Below, one piece after another: positions 36,932-43,098 of a stretch of DNA of 64,000 nucleotides. The notes beneath the pieces are model-generated. The model saw nothing but the letters and a program-made list of their open reading frames with translations, had not been told where the DNA came from and searched no databases. A program made the position numbers and the translations under genes. Source of the DNA: Acidimicrobiia bacterium (GTDB lineage Bacteria > Actinomycetota > Acidimicrobiia > IMCC26256 > JBMOIW01); assembly GCA_049317145.1 (NCBI GenBank), contig JBMOIW010000001.1, positions 20,133-84,132 on the forward strand, read 5' to 3'. Within the stretch, counting starts at the first letter, position 1. Every line of letters begins with the position of its first letter.

Positions 36932-37705
36932 TTACAGCTTTGCGACTTGGCCGAACTCGAGTTCGACCGGAGTCTCGCGGCCAAAGATGTTGACAAGCAC
37001 CTTCAGCTTCGAACGATCGACGTCGATCTCGCTGATCGCGCCGTTGAATTCTGCGAACGGTCCGGTGACCACACGCACTTGCTCGCCCACCTCGAAATCG
37101 AGACGCGGGCGTACTTTCTTTTCGACCGGTGCAACTCCCTCGGGCATTTCGACGCCCAGGATGCCTTCGACTTCTTTACGCGACAGCGGGGTCGGTCGAG
37201 CACCACCGCCCACGAAACCAGTAACGCCTGGCGTGTTACGAACCACTGACCACGACGCGTCATCGAGTGCCATGCGCACGAGGATGTAGCCCGGAAAGAC
37301 TTTCTTTTTCACAACGGTCTTGCGACCGCCTTTGAATTCGATGACGTCTTCCATCGGAATGACGCATTCGAAAATAGTGTCTTCGGCGTTCATGGAACGA
37401 ACGCGGGTCTCAAGGTTCTGCTTGACCTTGTTTTCGTATCCGGCATACGAATGCACGACGTACCACCCACCGGGACGGTCATAGGGGCTCTCCGGCTGAG
37501 GAGCAACCGGCGCAACCTCTATGACATCGATGAGCTCGGCATCGGCGAGCGCTGTCTCAGTGAGCGCTTCTTCAGCAAGCGTTTCGACTTCGACCAGCTC
37601 GGCAACCGCGTCAATGGTTGCTTCGATGCCCGAAGCTTCGCTGTCGGCGATTTCGAGTTCGACCTCGGTGTCGCGTTCGTCGGAATTCAGTGTGTCGTCG
37701 GTCAT
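36932..37705 (-). CDS. nusG: Transcription termination/antitermination factor NusG (with about 85-aa acidic N-terminal extension)
   Basis: It has an NGN domain ([14 protein letters not shown]) and a KOW domain ([25 protein letters not shown]). It follows secE. Confidence 0.95.
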   Translation of the reverse strand: MTDDTLNSDERDTEVELEIADSEASGIEATIDAVAELVEVETLAEEALTETALADAELIDVIEVAPVAPQPESPYDRPGGWYVVHSYAGYENKVKQNLETRVRSMNAEDTIFECVIPMEDVIEFKGGRKTVVKKKVFPGYILVRMALDDASWSVVRNTPGVTGFVGGGARPTPLSRKEVEGILGVEMPEGVAPVEKKVRPRLDFEVGEQVRVVTGPFAEFNGAISEIDVDRSKLKVLVNIFGRETPVELEFGQVAKL

Positions 37706-37718
37706 GGAGATCCTGGAT

Positions 37719-38006
37719 CTAACGGATGAGCAGATTCACTACACGCTCGGAAAGCCAGTCGAACCCAAAGATGAGCAGCGTCATGATGACCACCATGACC
37801 AACACAACGATGGAAGAGTTCGTAACTTCGGGGCGCTTGGGCCAATCCACCTTGCGTAACTCGCTGCGAACTTCGCTGAGATAACGCTTCGGTGAGGTGC
37901 GTTCCTGCGCTTCGGCAGGATTCGATCGCCGCGGCTCCGACGGGCGCGGCGAAGACGAGAGGCCCTGTTTGGCCATCGCTCGCTTTTGCTGTCGGTTGTA
38001 GTTCAC
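37719..38006 (-). CDS. secE: Preprotein translocase subunit SecE
   Basis: 95 aa with a GTG start. It has the motif [15 protein letters not shown] and a single C-terminal transmembrane helix. It is in the tRNA-Trp-secE-nusG arrangement. Confidence 0.9.
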   Translation of the reverse strand: MNYNRQQKRAMAKQGLSSSPRPSEPRRSNPAEAQERTSPKRYLSEVRSELRKVDWPKRPEVTNSSIVVLVMVVIMTLLIFGFDWLSERVVNLLIR

Positions 38007-38022
38007 GACGACCTCTTTGTTG

Positions 38023-38096
38023 CAGGGCAGGAGGGACTCGAACCCCCAACCGCCGGTTTTGGAGACCGGAGCTCTGCCAAATTGAGCTACTGCCCT
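38023..38096 (-). tRNA. tRNA-Trp (anticodon CCA)
   Basis: Hand-folded cloverleaf: acceptor AGGGCAG/CTGCCCT, anticodon loop CTCCAAA, T-loop TTCGAGT. No encoded CCA. Confidence 0.9.
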
Positions 38097-38159
38097 CCGG
38101 GCGGAGCTCGAAACGATAGCAGCGCCTTCGAAGTCGGCGCCGGGCCGGGTTCCGACCGT

Positions 38160-38549
38160 CTACGAGGCGTGGCCAACCGAGCGCCGGCGATGCCGAACCA
38201 CCAGAGCCGTTGCAGCGGCTGCTCCAGCAACTGCGGCCGCACCACCGATTGCGGAGGCATAGGCAATGCGCTTGCCCGTCAACATGCTGCGGACAACTCT
38301 GCGCTCCGACGCTTCTCCCAAGCCCGCGAGGGTCTGGGCCAGTAGGTCGGGGGCCGGCTCAAGGTATCGAGTTCTCAGCACTTGGAGCGCCCGTAACAGC
38401 CGGCGGTACTTGGCCATCTCGGCTTGGCACACCAAGCACGTCTCGACGTGGCGAATGACTGCGAGATCGGCCGGACCATCAGAGTCCAACAACCCGGGAA
38501 GCGCCGCACGCACCTCGAGACACAGTTCGAAATCAGGCCCCTTGCGCAC
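38160..38549 (-). CDS. Anti-sigma factor, zf-HC2 type, single-pass membrane
   Basis: It has the HVETCLVCQ (H-x3-C-x2-C) motif and a C-terminal hydrophobic segment IAYASAIGGAAAVAGAAAATALVV. It lies immediately downstream of, and overlaps, the ECF sigma gene. The start (GTG 38549) is inferred; the track ORF start (38807) is inside the sigma gene. Confidence 0.75.
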   Translation of the reverse strand: MRKGPDFELCLEVRAALPGLLDSDGPADLAVIRHVETCLVCQAEMAKYRRLLRALQVLRTRYLEPAPDLLAQTLAGLGEASERRVVRSMLTGKRIAYASAIGGAAAVAGAAAATALVVRHRRRSVGHAS

Positions 38550-39132
38550 GACGTCCCCGATCGTTTCGTCCGAACTCGATATCCAGATCGTCTCGCAACT
38601 TTCGTCGGGCACGATGCAACCGGACTTTGGTGGCCGCAACCGATATGCCCAACTCTTCGGCGATCTCTTCGTGGGAAAGCCCGTAGACATCTTTGAGCAC
38701 CACAATGGCCCGCAACTTGGGCGAGAGCCCTGCGAGCGCACCTTCGAGTCGGTGCAGTACGACGAGGGATTCTGCGGCACCTTCCGGATGCATTTCGGTG
38801 CGTACATCCACGACGTCGTGATGTTCTCCGTATGGCTCGGCCCGATGACGACGACGGCGATGCAGGTGGGTGGACGCGGTATTCGCAGTAATGCGATAGA
38901 GCCACGTCGAGAGGCGCGCGTCGCCGCGGAATTTGCCGATTCCTTTCCAAGCCCGGAGATACACCTCTTGGACCACGTCGCGCGCGTCTTCCTCGTTCGC
39001 CGTCAAGCGCAACGCCATGGAATAGGTACCCATGTAGGTGCGCTTCACGAGCTCGTCGAAGGCAGCGCGGTCACCGCGCTGGGCCGCAGCAACAAGTTGC
39101 TGCTCTTCGCCGAGATTGTCACCAGTTTCCAT
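38533..39132 (-). CDS. ECF-type RNA polymerase sigma factor (sigma-70 regions 2 and 4)
   Basis: 199 aa with region 2 (DVVQEVYLRAWKGIGKFRGDARLSTWLYRITAN) and region 4 (LKDVYGLSHEEIAEELGISVAATKVRLHRARRKL). Confidence 0.9.
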   Translation of the reverse strand: METGDNLGEEQQLVAAAQRGDRAAFDELVKRTYMGTYSMALRLTANEEDARDVVQEVYLRAWKGIGKFRGDARLSTWLYRITANTASTHLHRRRRHRAEPYGEHHDVVDVRTEMHPEGAAESLVVLHRLEGALAGLSPKLRAIVVLKDVYGLSHEEIAEELGISVAATKVRLHRARRKLRDDLDIEFGRNDRGRRAQGA

Positions 39133-39147
39133 CTTCGACCTGGGACA

Positions 39148-39180
39148 GAACCAAAAGGTTACGGAACCGAAAGGTTACGG
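39148..39180 (-). repeat. Tandem direct repeat (two 17-nt units sharing one base, 16/17 identical) just upstream of the ECF sigma gene
   Basis: The plus strand reads GAACCAAAAGGTTACGG then GAACCGAAAGGTTACGG. On the coding strand each unit contains GTAACC, which resembles the AAC-containing -35 element of ECF promoters. Confidence 0.8.
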
Positions 39181-39220
39181 GCAATCAGAACCACCGCGCC
39201 CCGGGGAGGGGCGACGAGGG

Positions 39221-39382
39221 CTAGCGCGTCTCGCGATGCAAGGTGTGCTGCCGATCGAACCGGCAGTACTTCTTCATCTCGATGCGCTCACGATCGTTGA
39301 TCTTGTTTTTCTTAGTGATGTAGTTGCGCCGCTTGCACTCGGTGCATTCGAGCGTCACCTTGATTCGCTTATCGCTTGCCAT
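39221..39382 (-). CDS. rpmG: 50S ribosomal protein L33
   Basis: The internal ATG at 39382 gives 53 aa: [53 protein letters not shown]. The track ORF extends into the tRNA-Met gene. Confidence 0.93.
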   Translation of the reverse strand: MASDKRIKVTLECTECKRRNYITKKNKINDRERIEMKKYCRFDRQHTLHRETR

Positions 39383-39421
39383 TGCTTCTCCCGTGCCGGC
39401 GTTACCGCCGTATGTTGTTGG

Positions 39422-39495
39422 TAGCGGGGGCGGGACTCGAACCCGCGACACCACGATTATGAGCCGTGTGCTCTGACCGCCTGAGCTACCCCGCC
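39422..39495 (-). tRNA. tRNA-Met (anticodon CAT, elongator-like)
   Basis: Hand-folded: acceptor GGCGGGG/CCCCGCT, anticodon loop CTCATAA, T-loop TTCGAGT. It lacks the three consecutive G-C pairs in the anticodon stem that mark initiator tRNAs. Confidence 0.88.
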
Positions 39496-39522
39496 GCGGA
39501 ACTGCTTCCGGCACCGCCGGAA

Positions 39523-39598
39523 TGGAGCCCCCTTAGGGAATCGAACCCTAGACCTTTTCCTTACCATGGAAATGCTCTGCCGACTGAGCTAAGGGGGC
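39523..39598 (-). tRNA. tRNA-Thr (anticodon GGT), CCA encoded
   Basis: Hand-folded: acceptor GCCCCCT/AGGGGGC, anticodon loop ATGGTAA, T-loop TTCGATT, 3' TCCA. Confidence 0.9.
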
Positions 39599-39611
39599 AA
39601 ACCGCGCCGAG

Positions 39612-39641
39612 ATGCTAGCCGAGGAGCCGCGCGTCTTGTCA
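39612..39641 (-). promoter_or_regulatory. Candidate promoter for the tRNA-Thr/tRNA-Met/rpmG unit
   Basis: The minus strand reads TGACAA (39641-39636), an 18-nt spacer, then TAGCAT (39617-39612). It ends 13 nt before the tRNA-Thr 5' end. Motif match only. Confidence 0.3.
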
Positions 39642-39666
39642 GGCCGACCTTCGCTAGCGTCAGGGC

Positions 39667-40155
39667 GTGCAGATTCGCCCGATCGAACGCCGCGACGCCG
39701 AGCCAACCCGGGCGATTTACAACGCAGCAGTCGAGAGCGATGCAGCGAACCTCGATCATCTGACCCGAACTATCGAAGGGCATCTTGAGTGGATCGACGC
39801 GCACTTCGGCAGTCATCCCGGCCTCGTTGCCGAGGGTGACGACGGCACCATCCTCGGGTTCACCTCCGTCAGTCCCTACCAAGTACGAACCGGCTATACG
39901 ACCACGGTCGAAAGCTCGATCTATGTGCGCGAAGACCAGCGAGGCATGGGCATCGGCCGGTCGCTGCTCGACGCGTTATGCCGGTTGGCGACCGACATGG
40001 GGTTTCACACGATCATCGCCCGGATCATGGCGGATAATGAGCAATCGCGAGCTCTGCATCGCGCCGCCGGGTTTGTGGAAGTGGGCACCGAACGCGAAGT
40101 CGGCCGCAAACGCGGCCGCTGGTTCGACGTGGTAATCATGCAGCGCATGCTCTAG
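39667..40155 (+). CDS. GNAT N-acetyltransferase, phosphinothricin / methionine-sulfoximine acetyltransferase (PAT/MddA)-like
   Basis: 162 aa with a GTG start. It contains IRPIERRDAEPTRAIYNAAV, the motif A sequence QRGMGIGRSLLDAL, and the C-terminus NEQSRALHRAAGFVEVGTEREVGRKRGRWFDVVIMQRML, which is typical of the PAT subfamily. Confidence 0.85.
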   Translation: MQIRPIERRDAEPTRAIYNAAVESDAANLDHLTRTIEGHLEWIDAHFGSHPGLVAEGDDGTILGFTSVSPYQVRTGYTTTVESSIYVREDQRGMGIGRSLLDALCRLATDMGFHTIIARIMADNEQSRALHRAAGFVEVGTEREVGRKRGRWFDVVIMQRML

Positions 40156-40167
40156 ATGCGCTTTGGG

Positions 40168-40248
40168 TGGGCCGGGTTGGATTCGAACCAACGTAGCTTG
40201 CGCAGCGGTTTTACAGACCGCCCCCTTTGGCCACTCGGGTACCGACCC
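40168..40248 (-). tRNA. tRNA-Tyr (anticodon GTA), long variable arm
   Basis: Hand-folded: acceptor GGGTCGG/CCGGCCC, D-region CCCGAGTGGCCAAAGGGG, anticodon loop CTGTAAA, T-loop TTCGAAT. The end positions are good to within 1-2 nt. Confidence 0.88.
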
Positions 40249-40305
40249 CTTGGGGGCGCGTAGGGTATCAGGAGTGGCGCAGTCGCCTCCGAGGAAAGGA
40301 TCCCA

Positions 40306-40791
40306 ATGCCCAGCTTCGACGTTGTTTCCGAAGTCGATATGCAAGAAGTCCGCAACGCGGTTGATCAAGCCAGCCGGGAGATCGGAAATCGCTTTGACTT
40401 TAAGGGCACCGAAAGCCGAATTGAGCTCAACGACAAGGGCCTCGAACTCGAAGCAGACACCGAGGCTCGCCTCAAGGCCCTCGTCCAGGTCCTCGAGGAA
40501 AAAATGGTCAAGCGGGGCGTGTCCCTCAAGGCGCTCGAATACGGAAAGGTCGAGGAGGCCAGCAAGGGGCGGGCCCGGCAAAAGGTCACCTTGGTTGCCG
40601 GGATCAACGATAAGAAGGCCAAGGAAATTGGCAAATTCTTGAAAGAATCGGGCCTCAAGATCTCCCATCAGATCCAAGGCGACCAGCTCCGGGTGACGGG
40701 CAAGAAGCGAGACGACCTCCAGGCCGCGATCGCAGCCATGAAAGAGCGGGACTTCGGCATCCCGCTGCAGTTCGATAACTTCCGGGACTAA
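40306..40791 (+). CDS. yajQ: YajQ-family nucleotide-binding protein (UPF0234)
   Basis: 161 aa starting MPSFDVVSEVDMQEVRNAVDQASREIGNRFDFKGT, the hallmark YajQ N-terminus. It is preceded by GAGGAAAGGA. Confidence 0.9.
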   Translation: MPSFDVVSEVDMQEVRNAVDQASREIGNRFDFKGTESRIELNDKGLELEADTEARLKALVQVLEEKMVKRGVSLKALEYGKVEEASKGRARQKVTLVAGINDKKAKEIGKFLKESGLKISHQIQGDQLRVTGKKRDDLQAAIAAMKERDFGIPLQFDNFRD

Positions 40792-40814
40792 CGCATATAG
40801 GAGCGTTGACCGTG

Positions 40815-40843
40815 TTGTCCGTTAAGGTCATTTTGCCTACTAT
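40815..40843 (+). promoter_or_regulatory. Candidate promoter giving a leaderless transcript for the orphan cassette
   Basis: TTGTCC (40815-40820), a 17-nt spacer, TACTAT (40838-40843), then 6 nt to the ATG at 40850. No Shine-Dalgarno sequence lies between. An inverted repeat TGACC-N14-GGTCA (40807-40830) overlaps the -35 element. Confidence 0.4.
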
Positions 40844-40849
40844 TTCGGA

Positions 40850-41764
40850 ATGTCTAAATCTTCGTCGGTGAAAAACGAAATCGTCGTCAGCGATCCCCAC
40901 GCCCGATCGCTCATCACAGACCTAGCCGCCATGACGACCACGTTGGGCCCGCTCGCCGATCAGGCGGTCGCCTCCGGGACGCTCGTCAATGCACTCGCTA
41001 ACGGATTCCCGATTCCTGTCGAAAAGCGGCTGATTCTCCTGGCACCTGACAAGGACGTCGTCGGCGCAATCAAACAAGTCCTCGACACCACGGGCATTGG
41101 CGTGAACGACCGAGCGCCGCTCATTCTCAACGCCGGGGCACAACCGACCGACCGCGATAACCGTCGCACTCGCCTCGCCTGCCAGATCGCGTACGAAACG
41201 TCGTATGTGACCACGATTGCGACCCAGGGCCTGCGGCACGGCAACAACGTCATGACACCGCCGATACGGATCGTCAATGATCTCGCCGCAATTGGAATCG
41301 AGCTTGCCCGCGTTGCTGACTTGCGAAGCGACGCTTCCCGTCTCTATCGCAATGGCATGTCGGACTCCCGACGCGTGACCAGCATGCGCAGCTCGTTCCG
41401 CAACGCAGTGAGCTTGCTGACGGCGCTTTCTCCAAGCGTGGTCGAGCAGCAAATCTCTCAGTTCAGCAAGCGCTCGGCCCACATGCTCGGTGCGTTACTT
41501 GAGAATCAACTCAACGGTTCGCAGGGTCGGGTCAACATTCGCGTGAGCTACCGAGCACGAACCGACCAAGCGGGGGCGCAACTTGCGGTGGCGCACGCAC
41601 GACAGCTCCTCGCCGCAATCCACGACAAATTCCCGATGACGGACCTCGAGAAATTGGTGACGCCGAAGAATGTCCGGCCTTGGTTGGAGGGCGAAACCCC
41701 GACCCCCATCCCGACTCGCACGGCGTACTCCTTCATCCCCGGGATGGGATCGCTTCCGCGATGA
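40850..41764 (+). CDS. Hypothetical protein A (304 aa), no family recognised
   Basis: Long ORF with balanced amino-acid composition and GC-biased third positions. Its stop overlaps the start of the next ORF (ATGA). I could assign no catalytic or DNA-binding motif. Confidence 0.75.
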   Translation: MSKSSSVKNEIVVSDPHARSLITDLAAMTTTLGPLADQAVASGTLVNALANGFPIPVEKRLILLAPDKDVVGAIKQVLDTTGIGVNDRAPLILNAGAQPTDRDNRRTRLACQIAYETSYVTTIATQGLRHGNNVMTPPIRIVNDLAAIGIELARVADLRSDASRLYRNGMSDSRRVTSMRSSFRNAVSLLTALSPSVVEQQISQFSKRSAHMLGALLENQLNGSQGRVNIRVSYRARTDQAGAQLAVAHARQLLAAIHDKFPMTDLEKLVTPKNVRPWLEGETPTPIPTRTAYSFIPGMGSLPR

Positions 41765-42570
41765 ACACCCCGCCAGCGAGAATTTACGTCGAGACGGAGA
41801 ATCTCGAAACGGCCAATGGTCTGGTAGCCGTTGCTCGCTATCTCAATACGTTTGTTTCAGAAAAGGACGGCTGGGCACTCACCGGCGTTGGCGCTGCGTC
41901 GCTGGCCGTAACCGAGAAGATTCCGTCGGATCCGCTCGAGATCATCGCCTCCGGGACCGAACTTATCGACGCATCTCGTCGATGCCAGATGTCCACTTCC
42001 CCACGCCCGGACGCCGCACTCTCCGCCGCGCAACATGGAACTCGAGTCGCGAAGATCTCCTTTGACGGAACCTGGGTACGTGACCGAGTCATTCCTGATC
42101 GACCCAAGGTCGCGCGTGCCTATCGATTTGCACTTGCGCACGCTCGTCCGCTGCAAATTGTGTTTGATGCACATGCCAACGTGCCGCCCGTTGAGCTCCG
42201 GGCAAACCAGCCGTTTGACGCCTATATCGTTGCGCTCGGCCAATACATGGAAACACGCCGAGGAACTCCGCAACGCGCTGCCGCCGCTGATCACGCGCAC
42301 GCGCTCTACCAAGCGGTTGGAGCTGCGCATATTGCGGAGCAGCTCCGCACACTGTCATCTGTCTGCGCCGACGTACCGATTCTCGGTGAAGTCGACGGGG
42401 TGCGCCGCAGTGACCATGAGACATTTGCTTTGTGGCATGAACAGTTCTTGCGGGAGCGCAGCGCACGTCCGATCCCCTCCATGACAAAACGCACCCGTAG
42501 CGCTCTGGTACGCGCTGGCAATTGGTTCTCGGGCCGCGACTTCGATCAACCCGATTCGGTCGGTCGGTAG
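41761..42570 (+). CDS. Hypothetical protein B (269 aa), weak nucleotidyltransferase-like N-terminal pattern
   Basis: The ATG at 41761 overlaps the stop of protein A. The N-terminal segment WALTGVGAASLAVTEKIPSDPLEII loosely resembles the minimal NTase signature hG[GS]-x9-13-Dh[DE]h, but the second acidic residue is displaced. The track ORF start (41680) lies inside protein A. Confidence 0.7.
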   Translation: MNTPPARIYVETENLETANGLVAVARYLNTFVSEKDGWALTGVGAASLAVTEKIPSDPLEIIASGTELIDASRRCQMSTSPRPDAALSAAQHGTRVAKISFDGTWVRDRVIPDRPKVARAYRFALAHARPLQIVFDAHANVPPVELRANQPFDAYIVALGQYMETRRGTPQRAAAADHAHALYQAVGAAHIAEQLRTLSSVCADVPILGEVDGVRRSDHETFALWHEQFLRERSARPIPSMTKRTRSALVRAGNWFSGRDFDQPDSVGR

Positions 42571-42585
42571 GTCATGGCGCTCGGG

Positions 42586-43074
42586 CTAGTCGTAATAGCC
42601 CGAATGAAAATAGATGCACGGAATCCCGTTCGCGCGTAGCATCTCGACGTTCCGGCGATCATCTTCGATCCCGAGCACGAGTTCAAATCCGTACGCTCGC
42701 AGTTCTTCGATCGCGTGCTCTTTGTAGTCGCGCGCCATCGCTACTTCTGCATGCGGTCGCATCACCAGAAGATCCCAGCGAATTTCGTAACGCCGCAACC
42801 ATGCCTCGGTAAGTGCATGCACGCGAGAGGGTCGGGCGGTTAACAAGATCACTCGGAGGATGGGATCAAGGAGCGACAACATCACATGCATCTCTTCGAT
42901 CACCGGGTCATCGCCGCACGCGTCGAAGAACGCACGCCAGTTACCTCGGGGCGCTTCGAGATAGTGCTGTCGCGATGCAGCATCCGAAAGCACTCCGTCG
43001 ATGTCCACCACCACGGCACGCTGCGGGTCGAGGGGTGCCGTACGCCACGACCAATGCTTGGTCACGGTACTCAC
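42586..43074 (-). CDS. HAD-superfamily phosphatase, polynucleotide-kinase-3'-phosphatase-like
   Basis: 162 aa with motif I VVVDIDGVLSD, motif II LLTAR, and motif III/IV K...GIEDD. Confidence 0.75.
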   Translation of the reverse strand: MSTVTKHWSWRTAPLDPQRAVVVDIDGVLSDAASRQHYLEAPRGNWRAFFDACGDDPVIEEMHVMLSLLDPILRVILLTARPSRVHALTEAWLRRYEIRWDLLVMRPHAEVAMARDYKEHAIEELRAYGFELVLGIEDDRRNVEMLRANGIPCIYFHSGYYD

Positions 43075-43098
43075 CGAAGCCTCCTCACCGCGGGCGAA

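Noticed and set aside
40922-42330. Minus-strand ORFs (186 aa at 40922-41482, 157 aa at 41857-42330) as alternative coding for the cassette region
   Set aside because: They are Arg/Gly/Cys-rich, have no coupling or ribosome-binding site, and are fragmented. The plus-strand ORFs are longer, compositionally normal and translationally coupled.
42541-42556. Sequence TTCGATCAACCCGATT resembling the tRNA-Tyr T-arm/acceptor 3' end (TTCGAATCCAACCCGG), considered as an att-type direct repeat bounding an island
   Set aside because: The match needs two gaps. It lies inside the protein B coding frame and is in the wrong orientation and on the wrong (5') side of the minus-strand tRNA gene for classical 3'-end integration. 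No integrase is present.
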